Source: Candidatus Pampinifervens sinense (GTDB taxonomy: Bacteria > Aquificota > Aquificia > Aquificales > Aquificaceae). Taken from it: a stretch of 64,000 bases of DNA. The stretch spans positions 1 through 64,000 of the forward strand of contig JAXSPP010000002.1 in NCBI GenBank assembly GCA_037927135.1, given 5' to 3'. Of this stretch, positions 51,099-60,030 are shown one piece after another. Position 1 is the stretch's first letter; each line of letters opens with the position of its first letter. The notes under the pieces were generated by a model, which was given only the letters and a program-made list of their open reading frames with translations, was not told where the DNA came from and did not search any database. The translations under genes and the position numbers were made by a program.

Positions 51099-53738
51099 AT
51101 GAAGCTTTGGGAAGAGGTTATAGAGAAGAATCCAAGGGAAAGGCTTAAGGCAGAAAAGCACCCCCTTGATATAATTTGGGATCTTCCAAGGCTTATAAAG
51201 GAGGGCTATGAAAGGGTCCCAGAAGAGGACCTTGTACGCCTCCAATGGTACGGCCTCTATCACGATAAACCACGCATAGGCTACTTTATGCTGAGGGTTA
51301 AACTGCCTGGTGGAAGGGTAAGGCCGGACCAGCTGAGAATAATTGGGGAGCTTGCCAAAAGCTTTAATGATTATGCAGAGCTCACCACAAGGCAGGATAT
51401 TCAAATGCATGGAATAAGGCTTGATGACCTGCCCTGGGTCTTTGAAAGGCTTTCCAGCGTTGGACTTTTGCCCATAGGGGCCTGTGGTGATACAGTGAGG
51501 AACATAACTAGCTGTCCCGTTTCAGGCGTAGATAAATATGAGCTTTTTGACGTTGAAAGGTGCATAAAAGATCTTGAGAGCTTCTTCCACAATCCAGAAA
51601 ACAAGGAATACTTTAACCTGCCTAGGAAGTTTAAGATAACCCTTTCAAGCTGTCCTTACCATTGCAACTGTCCAGAGATGCATGACCTTGCCTTTGTGGG
51701 CATGGTAAAAGATGGTGTTGAGGGCTTTGCAGTTTGGGTAGGCGGTGGGCTTTCTTCAACGCCAAGGCTTGCAAGAAAGCTAGGCCTATTCATACCAAAG
51801 GAAAAAGTCCTAGAAGTAGCCAAGGCTGTGGTGGACATATGGAGCGAAGATCCAGAAAACAGAAGGTCCTTTGTAAGGGCAAGGATAAAGTACTTCATAG
51901 ACAAGGTTGGGATAGAAGGCTTTAGGGAATTGCTTCTTAAAAGGTTGAGCTTTAGCCCAGATCTTATCAAGGAAGAGCCTGTGGCCATAGGTAGGAACTT
52001 CCATGTGGGAATAGGAGAGCAGAAGGAGGAAGGCCTTTTCTATGTGGGCTTTCCTGTGGAGGCAGGTAGGGTATCCGGCAGCCAGCTTATAAAGGTGGCA
52101 GATCTTGCAGAGGACCTAAACCTCTCCATAAGGGTCTCTCAGAGGCAGAACCTTATACTGACCCATATACCAAGAGAGGATCTTGACCATGTGCTAAGAA
52201 GGATGGAAGAGATAGGCTTTAGCCTCAAAAAGAGCATATCAAGGGGCATATCCATAGCCTGCACAAGCGACCCCTTCTGCAACTACTCCGTTGGCTCCTC
52301 AAAGGAGTTTCTTTTGGAGCTTTTGGAATATCTTGAGGAGAGGCTTGGAGATTTGGGAGATATTGCCATAGGTGTGGATGGCTGTCCCCATGCCTGCGCC
52401 CACCATTGGCTAAACGACATAGGGCTTCAGGCCACTCACATAAGACATCCCGACGGAAGCGTGGAGAGCGCGGTAAACATAGTGCTAGGAGGTGGCTATG
52501 GAAAGTATGCAAACATAGGTAGGATAGTGGCCAAGAAGGTGCCACTGCCTTTGGCAAAAGAGTACATAGAGAGGCTTATACAGGCATACAAAAGCTCAGG
52601 ACATAAAAGCTTTCAGGAGTTTGTAAGGTCTTATTCTGATGAGGAGCTTTTGAGCATTATGCAAGGTGGAAAGGCGGTGGTGCAAGAGGAGAAGGGGAAG
52701 GTAAAGGTAAGGCTCTTTGGGCCCATAAGCAGGTTTTTCGGTGGGCTTTCTGAGGTTGAGGTGGAAGCTAAGACAGTGAGAGAAGCTCTTCTGAAGCTTG
52801 AGGAGGAGTTTAAAGATTTTCGTGGAAGGGCTATTGATGAAAAGGGGGAGCTGAAGCCTTACATAAAGGTCTTTTTGAAAGAGGAGGACATAAAGTTCTT
52901 GCAAGGCCTTGATACCCCTCTTAAGGAAGGAGACGAGATAGCCATATATCCAGCCCTTGCGGGAGGTGCACCCATGTACGATGAGCTTGAGCTTCATGAG
53001 CTCGCTATTGAGTATGAAGGAAGACCGGCACAAGATGTAATAGCCTGGGCCATGGAGAACTTTCATCCAAAGCTCTACATAGCCTGGAGCGGTCAGGCAG
53101 AGGATATGGTGATCCTTGATATGGCTTGCAGGATAAACCCACAGGTCAGGGTCTTTACCGTTGATACGGGAAGGCTTCATGAGGAGACCTACAGGCTTAT
53201 GGAAAAGGTCTATGAGGTCTACGGCATAAGGATAGAGGTTTACTTCCCAGACAAGGAAGAGGTGGAGGATATGGTAAGGAGGTTTGGCGTAAACCTCTTT
53301 TACAGGTCTGTGGAGCTCAGACACCTCTGCTGTCATATAAGGAAGGTGAGGCCCCTTTTGAGGGCTTTAAATCAGGTGGATGCCTGGATCACAGGTTTGA
53401 GAAGGGAACAATGGGCAAGCAGGCACAACCTTATGAAGATTGAAGTGGACCACGACCACGGACAGATAGTAAAAGTGAATCCCTTGGTAGATTGGACGGA
53501 GAGGGATGTGTGGAAGTACATAAAGGAAAAGGGAGTGCCATATAGCGAGCTCTACGAGAAGGGCTATAGAAGCATAGGATGTGCACCTTGCACCAGGCCT
53601 GTGGCCCCTTATGAGGATCCAAGGGCAGGTAGATGGTGGTGGGAAGTGGGAGCTCCTAAGGAGTGTGGTATGCACTGCAGTCTGGAGACGGGAAGCTTTG
53701 AAAGGATATCGGACAAGATACTGGGGGAAAGGAAATGA
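51099..53738 (+). CDS. fusion: ferredoxin-dependent sulfite/nitrite reductase + MoaD/CysO-like sulfur carrier + APS reductase (CysH)
   Basis: Sir: TTRQDIQ, LPRKFK, siroheme/Fe-S ligands CTSDPFC and GCPHAC. Ubl: VKVRLF...TV.EAL...L.EGDEI.I.PALAGG. CysH: DTG, CCHIRKV.PL, W.TGLRREQ, SIGCAPC, RAGRW, ECGMH. Confidence 0.9.
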   Translation: MKLWEEVIEKNPRERLKAEKHPLDIIWDLPRLIKEGYERVPEEDLVRLQWYGLYHDKPRIGYFMLRVKLPGGRVRPDQLRIIGELAKSFNDYAELTTRQDIQMHGIRLDDLPWVFERLSSVGLLPIGACGDTVRNITSCPVSGVDKYELFDVERCIKDLESFFHNPENKEYFNLPRKFKITLSSCPYHCNCPEMHDLAFVGMVKDGVEGFAVWVGGGLSSTPRLARKLGLFIPKEKVLEVAKAVVDIWSEDPENRRSFVRARIKYFIDKVGIEGFRELLLKRLSFSPDLIKEEPVAIGRNFHVGIGEQKEEGLFYVGFPVEAGRVSGSQLIKVADLAEDLNLSIRVSQRQNLILTHIPREDLDHVLRRMEEIGFSLKKSISRGISIACTSDPFCNYSVGSSKEFLLELLEYLEERLGDLGDIAIGVDGCPHACAHHWLNDIGLQATHIRHPDGSVESAVNIVLGGGYGKYANIGRIVAKKVPLPLAKEYIERLIQAYKSSGHKSFQEFVRSYSDEELLSIMQGGKAVVQEEKGKVKVRLFGPISRFFGGLSEVEVEAKTVREALLKLEEEFKDFRGRAIDEKGELKPYIKVFLKEEDIKFLQGLDTPLKEGDEIAIYPALAGGAPMYDELELHELAIEYEGRPAQDVIAWAMENFHPKLYIAWSGQAEDMVILDMACRINPQVRVFTVDTGRLHEETYRLMEKVYEVYGIRIEVYFPDKEEVEDMVRRFGVNLFYRSVELRHLCCHIRKVRPLLRALNQVDAWITGLRREQWASRHNLMKIEVDHDHGQIVKVNPLVDWTERDVWKYIKEKGVPYSELYEKGYRSIGCAPCTRPVAPYEDPRAGRWWWEVGAPKECGMHCSLETGSFERISDKILGERK

Positions 53739-54022
53739 TAAGCTTGAAGGAGATCAAAGACAGGAAGGCCTTTGAAGAGGGGCTAAGGAAAAGGGGTTGG
53801 AAGGAGGGAAGGTTTAACGGAGGGGTATGTATGATGAAGGAACTGGAAGGCTGGCTATGGATATGCTTGGTCTTTGACCATGAGGCCAAGTTTGCCTCCT
53901 TTGCCCTTGAGGAAAGTTCAAAGATGCATTCGGAAGGTGTAAAGAGGCTTTTGGAGGAAATAAAGAACCTATCAGAGGAGTTTGACTTTGCCATGTTTGG
54001 GAGGTTAGAGTATGGTGGCTGA
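53735..54022 (+). CDS. hypothetical 95-aa protein in the sulfate assimilation operon
   Basis: ATGA overlap with the upstream gene and overlap with the downstream gene. Confidence 0.7.
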   Translation: MISLKEIKDRKAFEEGLRKRGWKEGRFNGGVCMMKELEGWLWICLVFDHEAKFASFALEESSKMHSEGVKRLLEEIKNLSEEFDFAMFGRLEYGG

Positions 54023-54773
54023 CTTTTTGGGACTTCTTCTCTTTGGCTTCTTTATAGCCTTTGCCATAGGATTAACTGGTGTAGGTGCTGGAACTCTTAC
54101 TGCGCCTCTTCTCATCTTGCTTGGCTTAGATCCTGCAAAAGCAGTTGGTTCTGCCCTTGCCTTCTCTACAGTGGTGAAGTTTCCAGCGGTGTTTACTCAT
54201 GCAGTTTACAAAAATTTGGATTATAAAACCCTTCTTCTTATGCTTGTGGGAGGAGTTCCTGGTACACTCTTGGGTTCTCTTCTTCTCAAACTGTTTCATG
54301 ACCCCTTAGGATTAAAGAAGCTTCTTCTTTTAGTCATAGGTATCACCATAATATTTTCTGTCCTTTTAAATCTACTTATGATTTGGAAAGGTAAGAGGTT
54401 TGACTTAAGCAGGTATAAATACCTTTTACCTGCATGTTGCTTCTTAATAGGCCTTGAAGTTGGTTTTACATCTGCTGGTGCTGGAGCTTTAGGTATGGTA
54501 TTGCTCTTATACTTTACAAAACTGAGTCCTGCAAGAGCGGTTGGTGTGGATATAGCCTTTGGTTTAGCCTGCTCCTTTGTAGGTGGTACCTCACACTTTT
54601 TACAAGGTCATACAGACACGGGAGTATTTCTTCCCATGTCCTTAGGTGGTCTCGCTGGAGTGTTGCTTGGGACTCATTTAGCAAGGACCTTAAATCCCAG
54701 GCCTCTAAGAATAGTTATATCACTGTTGCTTGTTGCAGTTGCCATAAACCTTATACAAAAGGGTTTGAGATGA
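54012..54773 (+). CDS. TauE/SafE (TSUP) family sulfur-compound transporter
   Basis: GLTGVGAG.L..P, AVG..L, GFTS.GAG repeat; multiple TM helices. Confidence 0.88.
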   Translation: MVADFLGLLLFGFFIAFAIGLTGVGAGTLTAPLLILLGLDPAKAVGSALAFSTVVKFPAVFTHAVYKNLDYKTLLLMLVGGVPGTLLGSLLLKLFHDPLGLKKLLLLVIGITIIFSVLLNLLMIWKGKRFDLSRYKYLLPACCFLIGLEVGFTSAGAGALGMVLLLYFTKLSPARAVGVDIAFGLACSFVGGTSHFLQGHTDTGVFLPMSLGGLAGVLLGTHLARTLNPRPLRIVISLLLVAVAINLIQKGLR

Positions 54774-55519
54774 TGGGTAAAGTGTACATAGTAGGTGCAG
54801 GACCAGGAGATGTGGAACTTTTAACCCTAAAGGCGTACAAAATCATAAAATCTGCAGATGCCATACTTTATGACAGACTCATAAACCAAGAGATACTGTT
54901 CCTTGCAAAGCCTAACTGCGAACTTCTGTATGTAGGCAAAGAGGACGGAAAGCACACCATAGAGCAAGAAAAGATAAACGAGCTTTTGCTCAGATACGCC
55001 CACACAAAGGATACAGTGGTTAGACTAAAAGGAGGAGACCCCTTTGTCTTTGGAAGAGGAGGGGAAGAAGCCCTCTTTTTAGCACAGCATGGTGTAGAGG
55101 TGGAGGTAGTGCCCGGAGTTAGCTCTGCCATAGCGGTACCATCCTACGCAGGCATACCCTTGACCTTCAGAGGCATATCCTCTTCCTTTGCAGTCATCAC
55201 AGGACACGAAGACCCAAGAAAAGAACACTCAGACATAGATTGGGGAAGTTTGAAAGGCATAAACACCCTTGTCTTTCTGATGGCGGTAAAAAACAGGCAG
55301 GAGATAGCCAAAAGGCTTATAGAGGTAGGGAGGGACCCAAAGGAGCCTGTGGCCTTTATAGAGAATGGGACCACAGAGAAGCAGAAGGTTATACTTACAG
55401 ACCTTTATGAGCTTTCCACAAACCCGCCTGAGGTAAGCCCTCCTGCCATCATGGTGGTGGGACATGTGGTAAGACTGAGGGAAAAATTAGCATTAAAGGA
55501 GGTTGAGGCATGCTTATAG
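54770..55519 (+). CDS. cobA: uroporphyrinogen-III C-methyltransferase (siroheme synthesis)
   Basis: VGAGPGD.ELLTLKA, YDRL, VRLKGGDPFVFGRGGEE, VPGVSS, GIPLT.R. Confidence 0.93.
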   Translation: MMGKVYIVGAGPGDVELLTLKAYKIIKSADAILYDRLINQEILFLAKPNCELLYVGKEDGKHTIEQEKINELLLRYAHTKDTVVRLKGGDPFVFGRGGEEALFLAQHGVEVEVVPGVSSAIAVPSYAGIPLTFRGISSSFAVITGHEDPRKEHSDIDWGSLKGINTLVFLMAVKNRQEIAKRLIEVGRDPKEPVAFIENGTTEKQKVILTDLYELSTNPPEVSPPAIMVVGHVVRLREKLALKEVEACL

Positions 55520-56700
55520 CACCCCATGGAGGAGAGCTTGTAAACAGGGTTGTGCCAGAGAGGGAAAGGGTAAAGATACTGACTGAGGCCGAGAGGTACC
55601 CGTCCCTCCATGTGGATAGGGATACACTCCTTGACGTTGAGAACATTGCCACAGGCGTCTTTTCGCCCCTCAAGGGCTTCATGACAAAAGAAGAGCTTGA
55701 GGGTGTGGTCTATCATATGCTCCTTCCAAGCGGTCATGTCTGGACCATACCCATACTTCTACAGGTGGAAGAAGAGGTGGCAAGGTCCCTTGGACCTGGA
55801 GAGAGAGTGGCCCTAAGGGACGATGAAGGCAGGCTAAAGGCCCTGCTTGATGTTAAGGACATATATCCCATAGAGTTGGAAAAAGTTGCCAGGCTTGTAT
55901 GGGGTACGGACATCAACGAACACCCAGGCGTGAAGACCTTTTACTCAAAGGGAAGATGGGCCATAGGCGGTGATATTTGGCTTTTGGAAAGGGTAAACCA
56001 CCCCCTTAGGGATTGGGTACTGGACCCTGAGGAGACAAGGAAGGTCTTTGAATATAGGGGTTGGAAGAGGGTGGTGGGATTTCAAACTAGGAACGCACCC
56101 CATAGGGCCCATGAGTACCTTCAGAGGATAGCCCTTGAAATAGCAGATGGCCTTTTTATAAACCCTGTCTTGGGCTGGAAGAAGTCTGACGACTTTGACT
56201 CCTACACCGTTTTAAGGGCTTATGAGTACCTTATAGATAACTACTATCCTTCCAAAAGAGTCCTTCTCTCTGGACTTGCCACGGCCATGAGGTATGCGGG
56301 CCCGAGGGAGGCGGTCTTTCATGCTATAGTAAGAAAGAACTTTGGATGCACCCATTTTATAGTGGGCAGGGACCATGCGGGCGTTGGAAACTTTTATGGT
56401 CCTTACGATGCACACAGGATCTTTGATAGGCTTCCAAAGGACATAGGCATAGAGATAATAAGGGTTACTGCTGTCTTTTACTGTAGCCTGTGTGGTTGTA
56501 TGGCATCGGACAAGAGCTGTGGGCATGAGGAAGTCTACAGAACCTATGTTAGCATGACAAAAATAAGGGAGATGTTGAGGAAGGGCCTTGTTCCACCAAA
56601 GGAGATGATAAGGGAGGATATAGCTAAGCTCCTATTCGACCTTGAGTTCACCCATAAGAAAGGCTTTATGGTCTCTGAGAAAGGCCCTGAGGAAAGATAG
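55510..56700 (+). CDS. sat: sulfate adenylyltransferase
   Basis: PHGG.L, SPL.GFM, FQTRNAPHRAHEY, MRYAGPREA..HA..RKNFGCTHFIVGRDHAGVG. Confidence 0.96.
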   Translation: MLIAPHGGELVNRVVPERERVKILTEAERYPSLHVDRDTLLDVENIATGVFSPLKGFMTKEELEGVVYHMLLPSGHVWTIPILLQVEEEVARSLGPGERVALRDDEGRLKALLDVKDIYPIELEKVARLVWGTDINEHPGVKTFYSKGRWAIGGDIWLLERVNHPLRDWVLDPEETRKVFEYRGWKRVVGFQTRNAPHRAHEYLQRIALEIADGLFINPVLGWKKSDDFDSYTVLRAYEYLIDNYYPSKRVLLSGLATAMRYAGPREAVFHAIVRKNFGCTHFIVGRDHAGVGNFYGPYDAHRIFDRLPKDIGIEIIRVTAVFYCSLCGCMASDKSCGHEEVYRTYVSMTKIREMLRKGLVPPKEMIREDIAKLLFDLEFTHKKGFMVSEKGPEER

Positions 56701-57153
56701 AGAATCTGCCAAAGCTAAAAAGCCCTTTTCTTTGAAGGCCTCCTCAAGGTCTCTTAGCCACTCAGGCCTGTTCCTTGTAAACCTATACTGGTTTGTATAA
56801 CCCTTAACACGATCTTCTTCTAAGCAAAGAAGGGACAAAAACCTCAGCTCCATGTCCACATGGTCTGGCTCATAGCCTTCATCCAATTTAAACCCCAAAT
56901 GCTCATAAGCTGAAGAGATCAGCTTTGGGTCCACATCCCTATAATCCCTTTCCAAAAGGGAAATTCCGTCCATAAGCTCAAGCTCCTCTTGAAGCTTAAA
57001 GCTGTCCATATGCCTAAGCACCTTTAAGGCATAGTTAGAGTATGTTGAGTTGATTAGGTCATTGCATAAGGAATTGAGGTAGTAGTAGTCCTTTTCCAAA
57101 AAAAGCTCGGAAAAGGCATAATAAAAGAAGGAAAGGCCCTTTAGCTCATCCAT
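56632..57153 (-). CDS. TorD/DmsD-like molybdoenzyme maturation chaperone
   Basis: Y..LGF, EPDHVDMELRFL..L signature; start MDELKG at 57153. Confidence 0.75.
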   Translation of the reverse strand: MDELKGLSFFYYAFSELFLEKDYYYLNSLCNDLINSTYSNYALKVLRHMDSFKLQEELELMDGISLLERDYRDVDPKLISSAYEHLGFKLDEGYEPDHVDMELRFLSLLCLEEDRVKGYTNQYRFTRNRPEWLRDLEEAFKEKGFLALADSLSFLRAFLRDHKAFLMGELKVE

Positions 57154-57155
57154 CT

Positions 57156-58385
57156 TCAAACCCTGTTTACAGAGTAATCTAAGGCTATGTCTCCAAAGTA
57201 TTCGCAAAGGGAGGGATGCGTATAGGGCATGCGGAAGAGCTGATCGTCCCAGAGAGCGTTGTTCATGGTAAAGGATATCAGATTTAAAGCTTCGCTAACC
57301 TCTTCCCCGACGATGGAGAAGTAAGAAAGCCTTCCTTCCCCGTCCACATACATGCTTATTATCCCCCTTCTTCCGTTTACAAAGCTCTTTGTGTTTGCGT
57401 TCAAGGTCTTTGTGATCTTTTTATGCCTTGCCTCATAAGAGCCAACAAAGCCAAGCTCAAGGGCCGAGCATATAACTATGGGCACAAGCTCAGGCCTGTA
57501 AGGGCTATAGAGGTCCATTATGCTCTGGCAGGCAGACTTTGCCTTTGCAATGGCATGGCTTGCACCCATGGGCTTTGTTATATCTCCCACAGCGTAAATA
57601 TTCTTTATATTAGTTCTCATACACTCATCAACCTTAACATAACCCTCTTGGTCAAACTCAAGGAAGGGGAAGCTCTCTTTGCACAAGTTTGGAACTCTAC
57701 CAGTAGCCTTTACATGAAGGTCCGCATCTATTACACTGTCCACAAACTTTACACCGCAGAGCTCCAGCTCTTCCTCCAGCTTTTCCACCATATCCTCATC
57801 CACAGGATAATCCTTTAAAAGCCTTCCCTCAACCCTTAGATAAACATGGTAGCCGAAGGTTGAAAGTATGAAAGAGAGCTCGCAGGCGCTGGCACCAGAG
57901 CCTTCTATAAGGACCTTGCCTCTTGGAAGCACCTTTCCCGTTAGCACATCCTCCGGGCTTGTGTGTCTTTCCTTAGGCTTGGAGCCGCAAGCAAGCACAA
58001 CATGCTCACCCCTAAGATAAAGGTTTTTACCTACCTTTACCGTATTCTCATCCACAAGCACACCAATACCCTTTATCAAGTCTATACCTTCCCTTTTTAG
58101 CAAAAATTCCGCATTAGCCTTTATCTGGTTTATCCTTGTTCTTACGTACTTTAAAGCTCTTTCAAAGTCCAGCTTTACCTCAAAGCCCTTCTTCCTTAAA
58201 GAGTGGGCCTCCTTAGCTATACGGTAAAGCCCTTCCTTTGGTATACACCCCCTGTTTAGACATGTACCACCAAGCTCCTCAGCCTCCACAAGGGCTACCT
58301 TTAGGCCACCCTTTGCAAGTATGAGGGCTGAAGTAAAACCCCCTGGACCGCTTCCTATAACAACCGCATCATAGATCTTTATCAT
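57156..58385 (-). CDS. dihydrolipoamide dehydrogenase-like flavoprotein disulfide reductase
   Basis: GSGPGG, GGTCLNRGCIP, ATGRVPN, IYAVGD, HPSLCE. Confidence 0.85.
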   Translation of the reverse strand: MIKIYDAVVIGSGPGGFTSALILAKGGLKVALVEAEELGGTCLNRGCIPKEGLYRIAKEAHSLRKKGFEVKLDFERALKYVRTRINQIKANAEFLLKREGIDLIKGIGVLVDENTVKVGKNLYLRGEHVVLACGSKPKERHTSPEDVLTGKVLPRGKVLIEGSGASACELSFILSTFGYHVYLRVEGRLLKDYPVDEDMVEKLEEELELCGVKFVDSVIDADLHVKATGRVPNLCKESFPFLEFDQEGYVKVDECMRTNIKNIYAVGDITKPMGASHAIAKAKSACQSIMDLYSPYRPELVPIVICSALELGFVGSYEARHKKITKTLNANTKSFVNGRRGIISMYVDGEGRLSYFSIVGEEVSEALNLISFTMNNALWDDQLFRMPYTHPSLCEYFGDIALDYSVNRV

Positions 58386-58870
58386 CCTTTCACCTCCAGT
58401 TCAAAAAGACAAAACTCTTTGCCTTGTGCTACACACTCCACCTCTTTACATTCCCATTTGAGGTCTGTTAGCTCTTCAAAGATGCCGGAAAGAGCACCCT
58501 GTAAGGGTATACAGACAGGCTTTTTGCCTTCTTGCCCCTCTGCAAAGACAGAGCTTCTAATGTATATCTTTATCTTGTTCTCCTCATTCTTCCAATGGTC
58601 CACAACTCCTATACCAGCCTCTTCAAGGAAGGTCCTAAGGTAGAGCTCTATTTCCTCCGTGGAGGGCGCATGATTCCCTATAAGTTCCTTTAATATTTGC
58701 CCCGCTATCTTCCCAGCCTTTTTGCCAGACATGTGGAGTATGCCACCTATACCAAAGCCTGAAAGCTTTACTATGCTTGAGTAAAACTCCTGCACAGGCT
58801 TTTTTGGCACTATAAAGCCTTCCTGCCTCAGAAATACCTTTATCTTTGACACCGCCTCCAGCTCGTCCAT
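58382..58870 (-). CDS. V4R domain protein
   Basis: GIG, KPVC...G.L.G.F, EVECVAQG...C.F; start MDELEA with GGAGGT SD. Confidence 0.85.
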   Translation of the reverse strand: MDELEAVSKIKVFLRQEGFIVPKKPVQEFYSSIVKLSGFGIGGILHMSGKKAGKIAGQILKELIGNHAPSTEEIELYLRTFLEEAGIGVVDHWKNEENKIKIYIRSSVFAEGQEGKKPVCIPLQGALSGIFEELTDLKWECKEVECVAQGKEFCLFELEVKG

Positions 58871-58938
58871 TTTTGTACCTCCTTGATTGAATATTAATTC
58901 ATAATTTAGCATACCCTCCTTTCATGTCAATATGGTAC

Positions 58939-59336
58939 TCAATCTCCAATAGTAAGCGTTACAAAGGGCTTAGTTTCTTTATAATCTGGCCAAGACCTTG
59001 TGTGTAAGGCAGGCTTGTAGGTGATGAACTTGGAGGGATACTCCTGCTCCACCCTGTCTGAGTCAAAGCCTTGATACTGACACGCTTCTCTTAAAAACAC
59101 ATACCTTGGATAACCGGGCATGAACTTACTGGTAATGGAATCGTGTCTTGTTGCCAAGCCCTCAAAGTAGAATCTTACCATATTCTCCTTGTAAGGTCTC
59201 CTTTAAAGTGGTCCTCACAGCTTAGGAAGAAGCCACCTTTGGAGAGCAGGAAGGTTACCTTGTACTACTGATAGACATCTGCATGTCCTAAAAAGTTGTT
59301 AGAGCTTTTCTCTGGATTCACCTCTTTAATCTTCAT
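58939..59336 (-). pseudogene. remnant of molybdopterin oxidoreductase catalytic subunit (TtrA-like)
   Basis: Across an in-frame stop and a frameshift reads KVTFLLSKGGF...VRFYFEGLATRHDSITSKFMPGYP...EYPSKFITYKPALHTRS, resembling the segment leading into the TtrA molydopterin-binding domain (recalled similarity). Confidence 0.55.
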
Positions 59337-59897
59337 GGAGTTGTGCTTGTAAACAGCGGTAAGATTGGAACCACAAGCAACAGTGGATGGCTTGCAAGGC
59401 TTGAGGGTTCTACAAAGCTTGGTCCAGCCAATGTAAGCCTACTTGGTGTATACTCTTCGGGTAAAAACAACGGCAACGGTTTTAAAACAGTTCATAGCCT
59501 TCTTGGCACCGCTGGCTACTGGGCATACACTTACATCTTCACACCCCATGGCCCATCCGATGTGAACGACTTTGGGCTTGAGCCTGGAAACATGGGATAC
59601 GGTCTTACAACGGTGCAGGCAAAGATAGACTTTCCTATAACCAAGGGCTTCTCTGTGCAAGGTGTGGTGGGAGTCTTTAGATCCAACAAAAATATGTTTG
59701 ATGATAATGGTAATAATGTAGGCAAAAACCTTGGCACAGAGGCTGGAGTCACCTTTACAGTCAACGTTGGCAAGCATATGAACCTTGAGTTTGGTGGTGC
59801 CGTTGCAAGCCTTGGTAATGCGGGAAAGGCCGTATACAATGCCGGCACAAAGAAATCAGTAAACGAAATCTTCGCAAGGCTTCAGCTGGAGTTTTAG
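59325..59897 (+). pseudogene. 5'-truncated outer-membrane porin (C-terminal part)
   Basis: Amphipathic Gly/Asn-rich strands ending ARLQLEF; no signal peptide or SD-supported start; in-frame TAA at 59289. Confidence 0.65.
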
Positions 59898-59912
59898 GTC
59901 CGCAACTCCCAT

Positions 59913-59968
59913 AAGGGCTGCTACTCCCCCTCTTGGGGGCTTTTTTGAATGAGCAGCCCTTTTTTTTT
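59913..59968 (+). terminator. rho-independent terminator
   Basis: Outer stem AAGGGCTGCT/AGCAGCCCTT enclosing CCCCC-TCTT-GGGGG, followed by a long T-run. Confidence 0.8.
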
Positions 59969-60030
59969 ATTTTATGCTGAACCCTCCTCTTTTTTTGTTT
60001 TATATTTAATCAGTGAGGAGGGGTTTGCAA

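Noticed and set aside
56632-56700. 69-bp convergent overlap of sat and the TorD-like gene
   Set aside because: Tail-to-tail overlaps are common across this window; no sign of special function
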